From NCBI GenBank assembly GCA_002069815.1, contig MWCB01000001.1, positions 1,786 to 65,785 on the forward strand: DNA of 64,000 nucleotides. The letters run 5' to 3'. A program made the translations under genes and the position numbers. A model generated the notes under the pieces. That model made no database searches and was not told the DNA's origin. It worked only from the letters and a program-made list of their open reading frames with translations. The stretch comes from Tenericutes bacterium ADurb.Bin239 (GTDB lineage Bacteria > Bacillota_I > Bacilli_A > RFN20 > CAG-826). This document shows positions 27,136 through 37,326 of the stretch, one piece after another. How positions within the stretch are numbered: position 1 is the first letter of the stretch; every line of letters starts with the position of its first letter.

Positions 27136-29454
27136 ATGAATAATTTGATTACGCTTCTTTCTAAATCGGATTATGTAATTGTTGATTATGCAACTAAACT
27201 TGAACTTTTAAAATTGCGCATTCAAAACCCAACTTTATCATTTAAAATTTTAACGGTTGATGAAGTAATTTGTAAATTTTTAGGTGGCGCTAATGATCAA
27301 AGTCTTTTTGCCCTGATTGCAAAATATGATGGTCTTTCTTATAAGCATGCCCAAACAATTAATAACACTATCGTATTTCCCAGTGAAGGGAAAAGTAATA
27401 AAAAACTAAAAACATTAACCGCTTATCGTAATGCTTTGAAGGATTTGAATTTATTAGCGGCCGATCCGTTAGTTACTTATAGTCTAAAAAATAAAACGAT
27501 ACTCTTACCAAAATACTTAGAAAATAATTATCTTCTTATCAACCTTTTAAATCAAGTTCAAACAAATCTCATATTTTTAGACAATGTGCATAATTACACT
27601 CATAGCGTCACAATTTTTCCAACTGGGATTGATGAAGTTTATGATGTATTAAATCAGATTTCAGGATTGCTTGCGCACGGAGTTCCTTCGCATAATATTA
27701 AGATTATTCGACCAACAAATAATTACGAAAAACTCCTCCGTAAATTAGCGCCACAATTTAATATTGTATTAGGGCCCGAATTATTTCCCCTCAGTGCTTT
27801 TACGGATGTCAATATATTTGTAAATCAGTTTCGCGGTCAAAGAATAGAAACTTCCGATGTTTTTACGCAACTTATAGGATTAAACAATACTCCTTCACTT
27901 ATAGCTCTCTATAACTTAATTCAGAACATTGATTTTGATGCGGTTGATAATAAGTATCATTATGAAATTTTAAGCGATAAAGTAAAAAGAGAATTCATCG
28001 CGCTCGACACTAATAATGGAATTGAATTTATTGAAGAAATACCATTGGTAAGCAATAATAGCATGCATTATTTCTATTTGAACTTTGCCCATGGTAGTGC
28101 ACCAGCTATTAAAAGTTTAAGTCCTTATTTAAATAATGTTGAACGAAAAGAGCTAGGCTTGCTTGATGATGAGACTACGGCACTAATTGACGAAAATAGA
28201 CTTATTACCACGCTTCTAAATAATAAGAATATCCATATTTCCTTCGCGACTATTTTAGGTCAAGAAAATTATGAGTTGAGTAATATTGTTAATAGACTTG
28301 AATACAATACTATTGAACATGATCTAGAATCGGATATTTATAGTCAGCAGTACTTAAATTATCTTTATGGAAGAGCGGCGGATAAATACATTCGTTACAA
28401 CATCGATGATAGACATTTTGGGTCGCTGATGATGAGTAATGATAAACATCCTTACTACAATAGTTTTAATTTTGAATTCAAAGGCCTTGAATATGTGCAT
28501 GACACTATTTATTTATCACCAACCAAAATTCAACTATATCAAAGTGTGCCCTTTGACTACTTTGCGTGTTATCTTTTGCATATTAAAGATGAAAGACCAA
28601 GCATTCATAAAGATTATGGAAGCTTTGTTCATAGTGTACTTGAACATAGTAAAGATGAACAGACTTTTATTGCTAGTTTTAATCACTATCTTGATCACTA
28701 TAATTTTAGTTCAAAGGATCGTTTCTTCGTGGAAAACGATTATGAATTAATCGCGGAGGCCTTCCGTTTTAATAAGCGATATTTAGAAGTTGTTAAGCCC
28801 ACGAACATACATTCAGAAATTGCAATTAAAGTACAATTTGCCGACAAATGTGTCTTAAACGGACGATTAGACCGAATTTTATTGTTTGAAAATGGCGATA
28901 AAAAATATGCCTTTGTTGTTGATTTCAAAACAGGGACCGCAAGTAGTAGACCCCGATATTATGCAGAAGGATTAGAACTCCAATTACCAATCTACGGTTT
29001 ATTGCTTTCTCTTGATTGCGAGTATAAAGAATATGATGTAGCGGCTCTTCTTCTAAATTCAATTCAGTTAGGTTCATCTTACGCTGCTGGCAGTCCCGAG
29101 ACCTTCAAAGAAGCAATAAATGAGAATTTATATTTCACAGGAATATTAGTTAATGAACCAGAAAGATTATCAGTAATTAATGCAAACGCTGATGGTCCCG
29201 AAACCTTTTTTAAGATTGGAGGACGAACGAAAATCAAAACCTTGGTGGATCTTACAAATCTCGAAGATTATAATCGCTATATTAAGTTAGCGCATGATAA
29301 AGTTGCCGAGACTTTTAATGGTATTAGAGCGAATGACTTTGCCGTCCGTCAAAAGTTTATTGGCGGCAATAGTTCAGCAAAATATTCGCCATATAAACAG
29401 TTAAGTTTTATCGCACAATACACTACTTCAAATGAGGATGATTATGATGAATAA
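27136..29454 (+). CDS. addB: Helicase-nuclease complex subunit B (AddB/RexB type, degenerate helicase-like N-terminus)
   Basis: 772 aa, immediately upstream of and overlapping addA. C-terminal PD-(D/E)xK nuclease motif GRLDRILLF...YAFVVDFKTG...QLPIY. No Walker A recognised. Confidence 0.75.
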   Translation: MNNLITLLSKSDYVIVDYATKLELLKLRIQNPTLSFKILTVDEVICKFLGGANDQSLFALIAKYDGLSYKHAQTINNTIVFPSEGKSNKKLKTLTAYRNALKDLNLLAADPLVTYSLKNKTILLPKYLENNYLLINLLNQVQTNLIFLDNVHNYTHSVTIFPTGIDEVYDVLNQISGLLAHGVPSHNIKIIRPTNNYEKLLRKLAPQFNIVLGPELFPLSAFTDVNIFVNQFRGQRIETSDVFTQLIGLNNTPSLIALYNLIQNIDFDAVDNKYHYEILSDKVKREFIALDTNNGIEFIEEIPLVSNNSMHYFYLNFAHGSAPAIKSLSPYLNNVERKELGLLDDETTALIDENRLITTLLNNKNIHISFATILGQENYELSNIVNRLEYNTIEHDLESDIYSQQYLNYLYGRAADKYIRYNIDDRHFGSLMMSNDKHPYYNSFNFEFKGLEYVHDTIYLSPTKIQLYQSVPFDYFACYLLHIKDERPSIHKDYGSFVHSVLEHSKDEQTFIASFNHYLDHYNFSSKDRFFVENDYELIAEAFRFNKRYLEVVKPTNIHSEIAIKVQFADKCVLNGRLDRILLFENGDKKYAFVVDFKTGTASSRPRYYAEGLELQLPIYGLLLSLDCEYKEYDVAALLLNSIQLGSSYAAGSPETFKEAINENLYFTGILVNEPERLSVINANADGPETFFKIGGRTKIKTLVDLTNLEDYNRYIKLAHDKVAETFNGIRANDFAVRQKFIGGNSSAKYSPYKQLSFIAQYTTSNEDDYDE

Positions 29455-32400
29455 AACGAAAGAAGACAAGATTGTATTTAGTCCCAAGCAAGAAGAAGCA
29501 CTCTCTTTGGCCAAGGAAAACATCCTTGTTTCGGCTGGGGCTGGCAGCGGTAAAACCGCGGTTTTAGTCGAACGTATTATTCGTATTTTAGTTGATAAAG
29601 AAGTTCCGCTTGATCGAATTCTCGTTTTAACTTTCACGAAAGCGGGAGCCCAAGAATTTAAAAACCGAATTAAGAAAGCATTACGGGAAAAACCTGAACA
29701 TGCTTCCAAAGCTTTCGCCGTTGATAACGCGGATATTACGACTTTCGATGCTTATGCTTTAAAGATTTTACGAAAGTATGGATATTATGCAGATTTAGAT
29801 AGCGATGTTGTTAATCTTGATCAAGGCTTAGAATTGGTGCTTATGCGTCGATATTTTGATGAAGTTATGGAGGATTATTATAAAGATCCGCCTTTAGCGT
29901 TTCGTTATTTTACCAAACGCTTTTTATCAAAAAAAGATGACAAATTATTTGAACTAATAACTAAATTTGATAGCCAACTAAAATTACAAATTGATGCCGA
30001 GACTTATTTGGAAAATTATATAGAGAAATTTTATTCGGACGCTAAGTTTAAAGCAATTTATAAAGAATTTAATGAATATGTTGTAAATACCATTCGAAAA
30101 GTAGCGCAGGCTATTAAAAATCTTAATTGTGAGCGACATTTGCAAAAATATGAAACATTCCTGAACAAATTTGGCCAAATCTTATCTTTTGATGATTATA
30201 TGAATGATTTAGATAGTTTCATTTACCAAAATCGTCCTGCTGGAACTCTTCGTGATTATCCCGAGGACCGACCATTTGCTAACATTATTAAAGAATATAT
30301 TGCCGACCTGAAAAGTGTTCAAGTTTATGAATCACGAGCGAAAATGTACGAGGTCTTTCAAGAAACGAAAGGACATGCGGCTTTTATCCTCGAAATATAT
30401 CGTAAAATTAGAGAACGATTAGCCGTTTTTAAAAATGAAAAAAGCGCTTATACCTTTAGTGATATCGCCTATAGCGCTTATAGACTTGTGTGTATTCCTG
30501 AAGTACAAAATGAATTAAGAAATCAATATGAATATATTTTGATTGATGAATATCAAGATACAAGTGATATTCAAGAAGAATTTATTCAAAAAATCGCTAA
30601 TAACAACGTTTATATGGTAGGTGACATTAAACAAAGTATCTATGCTTTTAGAAACGCTAATTGTGATATATTTCGCGAAAAATATGCTCGCTACCGCGCT
30701 GGAAAAGAAGGAAAGAAAGTTGACCTAAATGATAACTATCGAAGTCGTCCCGAAGTACTAAATGCAATTAACGCGATACTAAATGAGCTTATGACTGAAG
30801 ACTTTGGTAGTGCTAATTACAAGAAAGAACATCAAATTAATCAAGGCAATAAAAAGTACGATAAGTTTAAAGTTTCTAATCAAAAAGTTGGTCTTGAAGT
30901 TATTAATTATACAATTCCTAAAAAGAATAAAGATGAGCCGCTCGCCAATGAATCAATTCGTAAAAGTTTTGAATATGAAACGGAATATATTGTGAGCGAT
31001 ATTGAACGTAAGATTAAAGAAAAATACCAAGTTTTAGACAAAAATGGGTTGCGCGATGTAAGGTATGGTGACTTTACGATTCTTCTCGCCCAAGGCACAA
31101 AATTTGATGATATTGAACGCCGCTTTATTGACGCTGGTATTCCCGTCCATGTCCACAGAGATGAAAAGGCTAGTGAGAACAATATCAATATTGCGATTAA
31201 TAACTTATTACGAATCTATATTGCCTACACGAAAGATGATGAACCACGTGGCTATGAATTTCGTTTAGCAGTGGCAAGTTTCTTACGCGGCTTTGTTAAT
31301 AATTACACTGATCAAGCACTCTTTGATTTATTAAAAGATGAGAATTGGGACTTTACCAGTGATCCCGTTTTAATGCAAATTAAACATCTCGCTCAGACTA
31401 GTAATCATCTACCAGTTTCTAAAATAATTGATAAACTTGTCACTACTTTTGATATTTATGGTGCACTCTTTAATATTGGCGATTTAACCCAAAATAATAT
31501 GAAATTATCGAATAAACTTGAAGAATTAGAAAATTTAGCGGCGCTTGGTCTTGATTTAGAAGAGATTGTAAATTACTTTGGAGAACGGGAGCGAATTGGT
31601 GTTGAAGTTGAACTTAAGCGGGTCAAGTTAGAAAAAGAAGCAGTTAATATCATGACGATTCATAGTTCGAAAGGACTTGAATTTCCAATTGTATACTATA
31701 TGGATTTAGCAAATAATTTTTATCGGATGGAACGGCGACAAACTTTAACGATTTGTCCGAAGTATGGTTTTATACTGCCTGAGCCCGCTTTAAACATACA
31801 GAAAAGTTTTTTGGGTTATTTAGCGGACATTCGCTACAGCATTGAAACTCTTTCGGAGCGAATTCGTTTACTTTACGTTGCGCTGACAAGGGCAAAAGAA
31901 TTAATGGTTATTATTCATCCTCTTGAAGAAAAGATAGACGAATTAAAACCTTTCGAAAAAACGAATAGTCTTAAGAACCTACTTCTTCAATCTCCCTACT
32001 ATCAAAGTTTGATCAAAGAAGTTGAGATTGAATTCTTACCATTTAAAGATGTTGAGCCTAAAAAAGGTGACTTTGCTACCGAGTTTATAATTAAAAATCA
32101 TGGCTATATTTTTGAAAGCGCAAAATTAGATTTTGCTATTAATGAAAAAAATGATGTTGATGAAAAAGTATTGCAACGTGGTATCTTGCTGCATCGCTAT
32201 TTTGAAGAATATGATTTCGTAACAAAGAGTTTAGATTATATTATGGCCGCCAGTGACCGAGAACACATTCGCAATTTAGTTGCCCTACCTTTATTTGCGG
32301 GTGTTGAAAATGGCAATATTTATCGTGAATATGAATTCATTGATGAAAATACCAATAAAACATACGCGATTGATTGTTTTGTTGTCCTTGCCGATAAAAT

Positions 32401-32563
32401 TATTTTAATTGACCTAAAATTAGCGAATATTGATCATCCAAGTTACGACTTGCAAGTTGAAAATTACGCTAGGTATTTAAAGAAGGTGTTTAGGTTACCA
32501 GTGAATGCCTATCTGCTTAGCATTTTGCATCTAAAGTATAGAAAGGTGGAGATAAATGAATAA
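29432..32563 (+). CDS. addA: Helicase-nuclease complex subunit A (AddA/RexA, UvrD-type helicase plus RecB-type nuclease)
   Basis: 1043 aa. SF1 helicase motifs are AGAGSGKT, DEYQDT, NYRS, TIHSSKGLEF and LLYVALTRAK. C-terminal nuclease-like IDCFVV...ILIDLKL. Confidence 0.9.
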   Translation: MRMIMMNKTKEDKIVFSPKQEEALSLAKENILVSAGAGSGKTAVLVERIIRILVDKEVPLDRILVLTFTKAGAQEFKNRIKKALREKPEHASKAFAVDNADITTFDAYALKILRKYGYYADLDSDVVNLDQGLELVLMRRYFDEVMEDYYKDPPLAFRYFTKRFLSKKDDKLFELITKFDSQLKLQIDAETYLENYIEKFYSDAKFKAIYKEFNEYVVNTIRKVAQAIKNLNCERHLQKYETFLNKFGQILSFDDYMNDLDSFIYQNRPAGTLRDYPEDRPFANIIKEYIADLKSVQVYESRAKMYEVFQETKGHAAFILEIYRKIRERLAVFKNEKSAYTFSDIAYSAYRLVCIPEVQNELRNQYEYILIDEYQDTSDIQEEFIQKIANNNVYMVGDIKQSIYAFRNANCDIFREKYARYRAGKEGKKVDLNDNYRSRPEVLNAINAILNELMTEDFGSANYKKEHQINQGNKKYDKFKVSNQKVGLEVINYTIPKKNKDEPLANESIRKSFEYETEYIVSDIERKIKEKYQVLDKNGLRDVRYGDFTILLAQGTKFDDIERRFIDAGIPVHVHRDEKASENNINIAINNLLRIYIAYTKDDEPRGYEFRLAVASFLRGFVNNYTDQALFDLLKDENWDFTSDPVLMQIKHLAQTSNHLPVSKIIDKLVTTFDIYGALFNIGDLTQNNMKLSNKLEELENLAALGLDLEEIVNYFGERERIGVEVELKRVKLEKEAVNIMTIHSSKGLEFPIVYYMDLANNFYRMERRQTLTICPKYGFILPEPALNIQKSFLGYLADIRYSIETLSERIRLLYVALTRAKELMVIIHPLEEKIDELKPFEKTNSLKNLLLQSPYYQSLIKEVEIEFLPFKDVEPKKGDFATEFIIKNHGYIFESAKLDFAINEKNDVDEKVLQRGILLHRYFEEYDFVTKSLDYIMAASDREHIRNLVALPLFAGVENGNIYREYEFIDENTNKTYAIDCFVVLADKIILIDLKLANIDHPSYDLQVENYARYLKKVFRLPVNAYLLSILHLKYRKVEINE

Positions 32564-33644
32564 AAAGATTTATACACCGATACATAAGGAAGACTTTAGA
32601 CGACTTCTTCGTCATTACAATGTCCCAGAATCAATTGAAGATAATATTTTATACGATTTATACAGCGAATCAGTTGAATTACTTGTTGCTCACCATGAAA
32701 CGTTTGACAATATACCTTATGTTAACCTTGACCATCAACGCTTGATTCTCCATCTCATTCATGACTACAATTACCGCATGCGAAATTTAGAACTAAATAC
32801 GCGGCTGGAATTGTTAAAGAATGATTTATTTCATAATAAACTTATCAATGTGGTGGTTGATAAATATGGTAGTAGCGCGTTCTTTAAATATGATTCGGGG
32901 ACGTACTTGACCCCATTTTCAATGGAAATATCGACCATTAATGTTTACCTAAATTTCATTATGTTGAAATTACCGTTGCTCCCGCTTGAAAATAGGAGAA
33001 TGGAACTTTTTGCTGAATTACTCCGTAATGCCTTTTCCTATATACATACAATTACCGAATTGTTGGTACGCGGTTTTGAAAAAGAAGCGTTTGCTACGTG
33101 GCGGTCGCTTCATGAATTAGAAGCAACTTTACTTTTGATTCAAGATGATAAAATGTTAAAAGCTTATGAACAACACATCCTTTACTCTCTGGCCTTTAAC
33201 AAACTTGTGCCCAAAGCAGAATGTGATCGAATATTCGTCGAAATCAAAACTAAAATGAAAGAATTAAACTTAAAAAGCAAAGATACTAAAAGGTTTATTG
33301 AATATGGTTGGCTTTTAGCGCATCAAGCCTTTGATATGAATATTCACAAGTTCAATTTTCGTGATGGTGTTCAAACTATTGCTAAGCTTGAAGATAAGCG
33401 TGAAGTATATAAGCTTGCTAGCGAAGTTACCCATAGTTCACCAGTCGCGCTTTTCACTAATCGTCGCTATTTTTTGGCTATGGTACTTGATAATCTTTAC
33501 ACGACATTTTTGCGAATTGAGGCCCTTTTTGCCGAGTTATATGTACAAAATGTTGAAAAATCAGAAGTTGATTTTTATAAAATTGCACGCGATATCTACC
33601 TTGAAGATATCAAACTAGTTCAGAGCCGAATACCAAGAAGATAA
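32556..33644 (+). CDS. Hypothetical all-alpha protein, translationally coupled to addA; paralog of 48861-49934
   Basis: 362 aa. The start ATG lies inside the addA stop region (8-nt overlap). Shares FxxWRSLxExxxTLLLI and YxxASxxxH blocks with the 357 aa protein at 48861-49934. Possibly DUF5677-like (memory only). Confidence 0.6.
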   Translation: MNKKIYTPIHKEDFRRLLRHYNVPESIEDNILYDLYSESVELLVAHHETFDNIPYVNLDHQRLILHLIHDYNYRMRNLELNTRLELLKNDLFHNKLINVVVDKYGSSAFFKYDSGTYLTPFSMEISTINVYLNFIMLKLPLLPLENRRMELFAELLRNAFSYIHTITELLVRGFEKEAFATWRSLHELEATLLLIQDDKMLKAYEQHILYSLAFNKLVPKAECDRIFVEIKTKMKELNLKSKDTKRFIEYGWLLAHQAFDMNIHKFNFRDGVQTIAKLEDKREVYKLASEVTHSSPVALFTNRRYFLAMVLDNLYTTFLRIEALFAELYVQNVEKSEVDFYKIARDIYLEDIKLVQSRIPRR

Positions 33645-33651
33645 AATGAAA

Positions 33652-33675
33652 GAGCCACCGAGAGTGGCCCTTCTT
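33652..33675. terminator. Weak hairpin between convergent genes (possible bidirectional terminator)
   Basis: GAGCCAC-CGAGA-GTGGCCC followed by a short T-rich run, located between the stops at 33644 (+) and 33695 (-). Confidence 0.35.
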
Positions 33676-33694
33676 AGTAAAGTTATCGGTTAGA

Positions 33695-35353
33695 TTAGAC
33701 GTCCTCGAAACAACTTCCGCCGATGAATTCACGTAATAATGAGTTTGATGGAACCCATTCTTCATCCATGTCGAGAAAATATTTGAGCATTCGAATTAAG
33801 CGTTCGGCAAGGGGGAAGAATTCACTTAAATAATCAAATTCTAGAAGTAGTGGCAACGCATGTTTTTTCATAACCGCTAACTCGTAGGAAAGAAGTGAGT
33901 TGAAGACATAGTCAGCTTCTTCTTGTGTGTCGTAAATCCATTTAAATTCTCCAGCGCGCACACTTGGCCACATTGCCATTGTTTCTTGCGCACTTGCATT
34001 ACGATATTTTTTATCACGAACAATACGCCGGAGTAACCGTAAGTCAGTAAGGCTAATGGGGTTGTGGTCGTCAATATTGATTTGGGCTTGTGGTGCAATG
34101 TAGATTTTATATTTTTGGTGTTTTGGAATGTAACTCGTTAATTGTTCATTAAGGGCGTGAATACCTTCAATAATGATAGGTTGGTTGGCCGCCACTTTAA
34201 GTTTACGTCCATTGACCCGCTTTCCAAGTTTAAAGTCAAACCTAGGTAATTCGACTTCCTCACCATTAATTAAGTCGAGCATGTTTTTATTAAATAGTTC
34301 GATGTCAAGGGCATAAATTGATTCTAAATCAAAATTACCATGTTCATCGCGCGGTGCCAATTCGCGGGGTAAATAATAGTCGTCAATCGATAAACGTATT
34401 GCGTTTAAGCCCCGACTCATCAGCTCAGTACGCAGTCTATTTGCGAACGTTGTTTTGCCCGAACTACTCGGACCGGCAATACAAATAAGACGAATGTCTT
34501 CCGAGTCCTCTAAAATTCGTTGTCCTAATTCACTTAACATTTGATAGTGTTTTGCTTCCGCAATATTAATTAACTCAACGATGTGTCCTTTTTCAATGTA
34601 GGAGTTAATATGTGCGACACTATCAAGGTTCGTTAATTTGGCCCAATTGTGGCTTGCTTTTAATGCTTTACCGAACATTGGAGCATCTTTAAATTCGGGA
34701 ATTTCACCTTTTGTCTCACTGCGTGGATATTGTAGTAACATTCCTGGAGAATAAGGCCGTATAATGAAATTCTTTAAATAACCAGATGAAGGAACCATAT
34801 AACCATACATATAGTTTTCATAGCCATCACATTCATAAACATGAACTGTTGGTTCAGGGCGATATTTTAAGATTTCAAGTTTATCTTTATAGCCTAAGCG
34901 TTTATATAGCTCTTCCGCTTCTTCAACACTAATCTTAGTCCGATGAAATGGAAGATCAGCATCAACAATATTTCGCATTTCTCTTTGTAATTTTTCGACC
35001 AAAAGCCGATCAACGGTAACGCCTTTATTCGTCACCTGAATAAAGATAGAACGTGAGACGTTGTAAGAGAAGCGAACATTTAACTCGGGGCGAATTTTTT
35101 TCATCGCCATCGCCGCGACAAAGCGGAGTGATGTTTGATAAATACGAATACCTTCACTATCATCAAGTGTTTTGGTTTCAAGATTAGTGTCTCTATTTAA
35201 AATGAATGTTAACTCTCGAACACGTCCGTTGACATATGCATAAATTAAATTCTTATCGTTACCAACGATATCTAAAATACGGGTCGGTTTGTCATAAATA
35301 GTCGTTTTTCCGTTATAAGTAACCTTAAAACTTTTGAAATTTTTGTTTATCAT
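33695..35353 (-). CDS. Uridine kinase/phosphoribulokinase-family nucleoside kinase with N-terminal TGS/ThrRS-like region
   Basis: 552 aa. P-loop IAGPSSSGKTTFANRL and SIDDYY sit in the C-terminal half, after a long N-terminal domain as in the long 'uridine kinase' proteins of Firmicutes. Confidence 0.7.
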   Translation of the reverse strand: MINKNFKSFKVTYNGKTTIYDKPTRILDIVGNDKNLIYAYVNGRVRELTFILNRDTNLETKTLDDSEGIRIYQTSLRFVAAMAMKKIRPELNVRFSYNVSRSIFIQVTNKGVTVDRLLVEKLQREMRNIVDADLPFHRTKISVEEAEELYKRLGYKDKLEILKYRPEPTVHVYECDGYENYMYGYMVPSSGYLKNFIIRPYSPGMLLQYPRSETKGEIPEFKDAPMFGKALKASHNWAKLTNLDSVAHINSYIEKGHIVELINIAEAKHYQMLSELGQRILEDSEDIRLICIAGPSSSGKTTFANRLRTELMSRGLNAIRLSIDDYYLPRELAPRDEHGNFDLESIYALDIELFNKNMLDLINGEEVELPRFDFKLGKRVNGRKLKVAANQPIIIEGIHALNEQLTSYIPKHQKYKIYIAPQAQINIDDHNPISLTDLRLLRRIVRDKKYRNASAQETMAMWPSVRAGEFKWIYDTQEEADYVFNSLLSYELAVMKKHALPLLLEFDYLSEFFPLAERLIRMLKYFLDMDEEWVPSNSLLREFIGGSCFEDV

Positions 35354-35449
35354 AGATTCTCCTTCTATTTTGTTTGTCTAAATATTTGCACTTATTATAT
35401 ACAACAATACTTAAATTTCCTAAAGAAATAAAAAAAATAGGTTTATGAA

Positions 35450-36208
35450 TTAAGAAAAGTATGTTTTATATTCAGTAATAATCGTTTTCAGTTCCGTGCT
35501 ATCACTACTTATGGATATCACTTCATCATCATTTCCGTAACGTAAAGTTGGAAGTTCTAGCGTAACATCACTATCAAAAAGGTAATTAGTGTAGCCTTTT
35601 TTGGCAAATAAAGGGAAGAAATTTTCATTTATCAAAGTTTGATGGTCGATATTATTAAAGTTGTATGAAAAAGTAACATATTTATCCGCTGTGGGTGTCA
35701 TTTCTTCTTTATTATCTATCACAAATAATGATGTCGTCTTAACATGCTGCTTAAAAAATTTATCAACATCAATCTGCGTTTGTAAATTACTCGTTCCCCG
35801 GTTACGGAAAACAATTTCACCATCTTTATAGATAAGAAAATACGGAGTAACACTGACTTCAGTTTTCTCATAGTAGTAACCAATATTCTCATTGTAATCT
35901 TGACCCCACATATCGACATAATAAATTTCAATTTTAACTTTACTAACATAATTTAAAAGTAACGGTTCAAGTTCACGGCAATGACCACATCGTTCACTTC
36001 CAAAATACAGAACAAAAGATTTTTTACCCATGGTAAAGGCTTTATGGTAGTCAATGGTCATGTTTTTCATATAATTATCACTTGTTATGGTTGTTTCTGT
36101 GCGGAGTGGAACTATGATTTTATTAGATTTAAATGTGTCGCATCCGTTTAAAAAAACCAGCGCATTGCCGATAATTAGTAACATTTGTAAAATTTTTTGC
36201 TTTTTCAT
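35450..36208 (-). CDS. Thioredoxin-fold lipoprotein (thiol-disulfide oxidoreductase-like)
   Basis: Start re-picked at internal MKKQKILQMLLIIGNALVFLNGC (signal plus lipobox), giving 252 aa. The longer track ORF would overlap ppa. CGHC redox motif in FGSERCGHCRELEP. Confidence 0.7.
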   Translation of the reverse strand: MKKQKILQMLLIIGNALVFLNGCDTFKSNKIIVPLRTETTITSDNYMKNMTIDYHKAFTMGKKSFVLYFGSERCGHCRELEPLLLNYVSKVKIEIYYVDMWGQDYNENIGYYYEKTEVSVTPYFLIYKDGEIVFRNRGTSNLQTQIDVDKFFKQHVKTTSLFVIDNKEEMTPTADKYVTFSYNFNNIDHQTLINENFFPLFAKKGYTNYLFDSDVTLELPTLRYGNDDEVISISSDSTELKTIITEYKTYFS

Positions 36209-36274
36209 ATTATAATTAAACCACAATAACAAGTAGACAACAATTGTGAGGATTATTACTTTTAAGGAGTTATT

Positions 36275-36823
36275 ATGAATATTTGGCATGACATGAACCC
36301 AGATCGCATCATGAGTGAACGTTTTGATGCTGTCATTGAAATTAGTAGGGGACAACAATCAAAATATGAATTGGACAAGGAAACGGGATTAATTAGGCTT
36401 GATCGCGTTCTCTATACATCAACCCATTATCCGCAAAACTATGGCTTTATCCCCCGCACTTATGCGGGCGATGATGACCCACTTGATGTTTTAATTTTAT
36501 GCTCACAACCATTAGTGCCAATGACGATTGTTACTTGTATTCCAATTGGTGCTATCAAAATGATTGATACTGGTGAAATGGATGAAAAGATTATTGCCAT
36601 TGCTGCCAATGATCCAACTTACGCATCTTATGGTTCGGCTAAAGAGATTCCTCAACATGTCTTCCAAGAAATTCGCCACTTTTTCCAAGTGTACAAGACA
36701 CTTGAAGGTAAAGAAACGGTTGTTCACCATATTCAGGGTCGGGAACGCGCAATTAAGATTATTGATGAGGCAATTGTTAAGTACAACGAAGTGTATGGCA
36801 ATCGTCAAAAAGCTGACAAATAA
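36275..36823 (+). CDS. ppa: Inorganic pyrophosphatase (family I)
   Basis: 182 aa with YPQNYGFIP, DGDPLDVL-type (DDDPLDVLIL) and DEKIIA motifs. Confidence 0.95.
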   Translation: MNIWHDMNPDRIMSERFDAVIEISRGQQSKYELDKETGLIRLDRVLYTSTHYPQNYGFIPRTYAGDDDPLDVLILCSQPLVPMTIVTCIPIGAIKMIDTGEMDEKIIAIAANDPTYASYGSAKEIPQHVFQEIRHFFQVYKTLEGKETVVHHIQGRERAIKIIDEAIVKYNEVYGNRQKADK

Positions 36824-37326
36824 TGCTACACATCATTCTTTATCAACCGGAGATGCCTGCTAATGTCGGCAACATCATGCGAACAGCCATGGCGCTTAAC
36901 GCGACCTTGCATATAATTGGACCAACACCAATTAAATTTGATGATAAGAGCTTAAAACGTGCCGGAATGGACTATATTGGCGACTTATCTTTTTTTATTT
37001 ATGAATCAATAGATGAGTTTATGAATAAACACAAGGACCAAAATATTTTCTATGTGAGTCGCTACAGTAACAAGAATTATACTGAGTTTGATTACGGGCG
37101 CTTCGATCAAGGGATTTATATAATGTTTGGTAATGAATCATACGGATTACCAATGGATTTATTACGCCATAATAAAGAAAAAACGCTACGAATACCGATG
37201 GTAGCCTCAGCGCGTAGTCTAAATTTAAGCAATGCCGTAGCTATCGTTAGCTATGAAATTATGCGGCAACAAGAGTTTTACAATCTTGCCACTAGTGAAG
37301 TAATTAAAGGCGACGATTATTTATAA
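36823..37326 (+). CDS. trmL: tRNA (cytidine/uridine-34 2'-O)-methyltransferase TrmL (SpoU/TrmH family)
   Basis: 167 aa with PANVGNIMRT, FGNESYGLP and IPM..SARSLNLSNAVAIVSYE (SPOUT knot). Confidence 0.85.
   Translation: MLHIILYQPEMPANVGNIMRTAMALNATLHIIGPTPIKFDDKSLKRAGMDYIGDLSFFIYESIDEFMNKHKDQNIFYVSRYSNKNYTEFDYGRFDQGIYIMFGNESYGLPMDLLRHNKEKTLRIPMVASARSLNLSNAVAIVSYEIMRQQEFYNLATSEVIKGDDYL

Noticed and set aside
28439-28750. 103 aa alternative-frame ORF inside addB; similar internal ORFs occur in addA at 30804-30995 and 31065-31268.
   Set aside because: They are same-strand out-of-frame ORFs inside well-supported genes, with an Ile/Leu/Lys-rich translation typical of AT-rich off-frames.
36209-36358. 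N-terminal 50 aa extension of the track ORF 35450..36358.
   Set aside because: The extension overlaps the ppa start on the opposite strand. An internal Met begins a perfect signal peptide plus lipobox (MKKQKIL...LNGC), so the start was moved to 36208.
36512-36863. ORFs 36512..36808 (-) and 36564..36863 (+).
   Set aside because: They overlap ppa, which is strongly supported by motifs, and are not independent genes.
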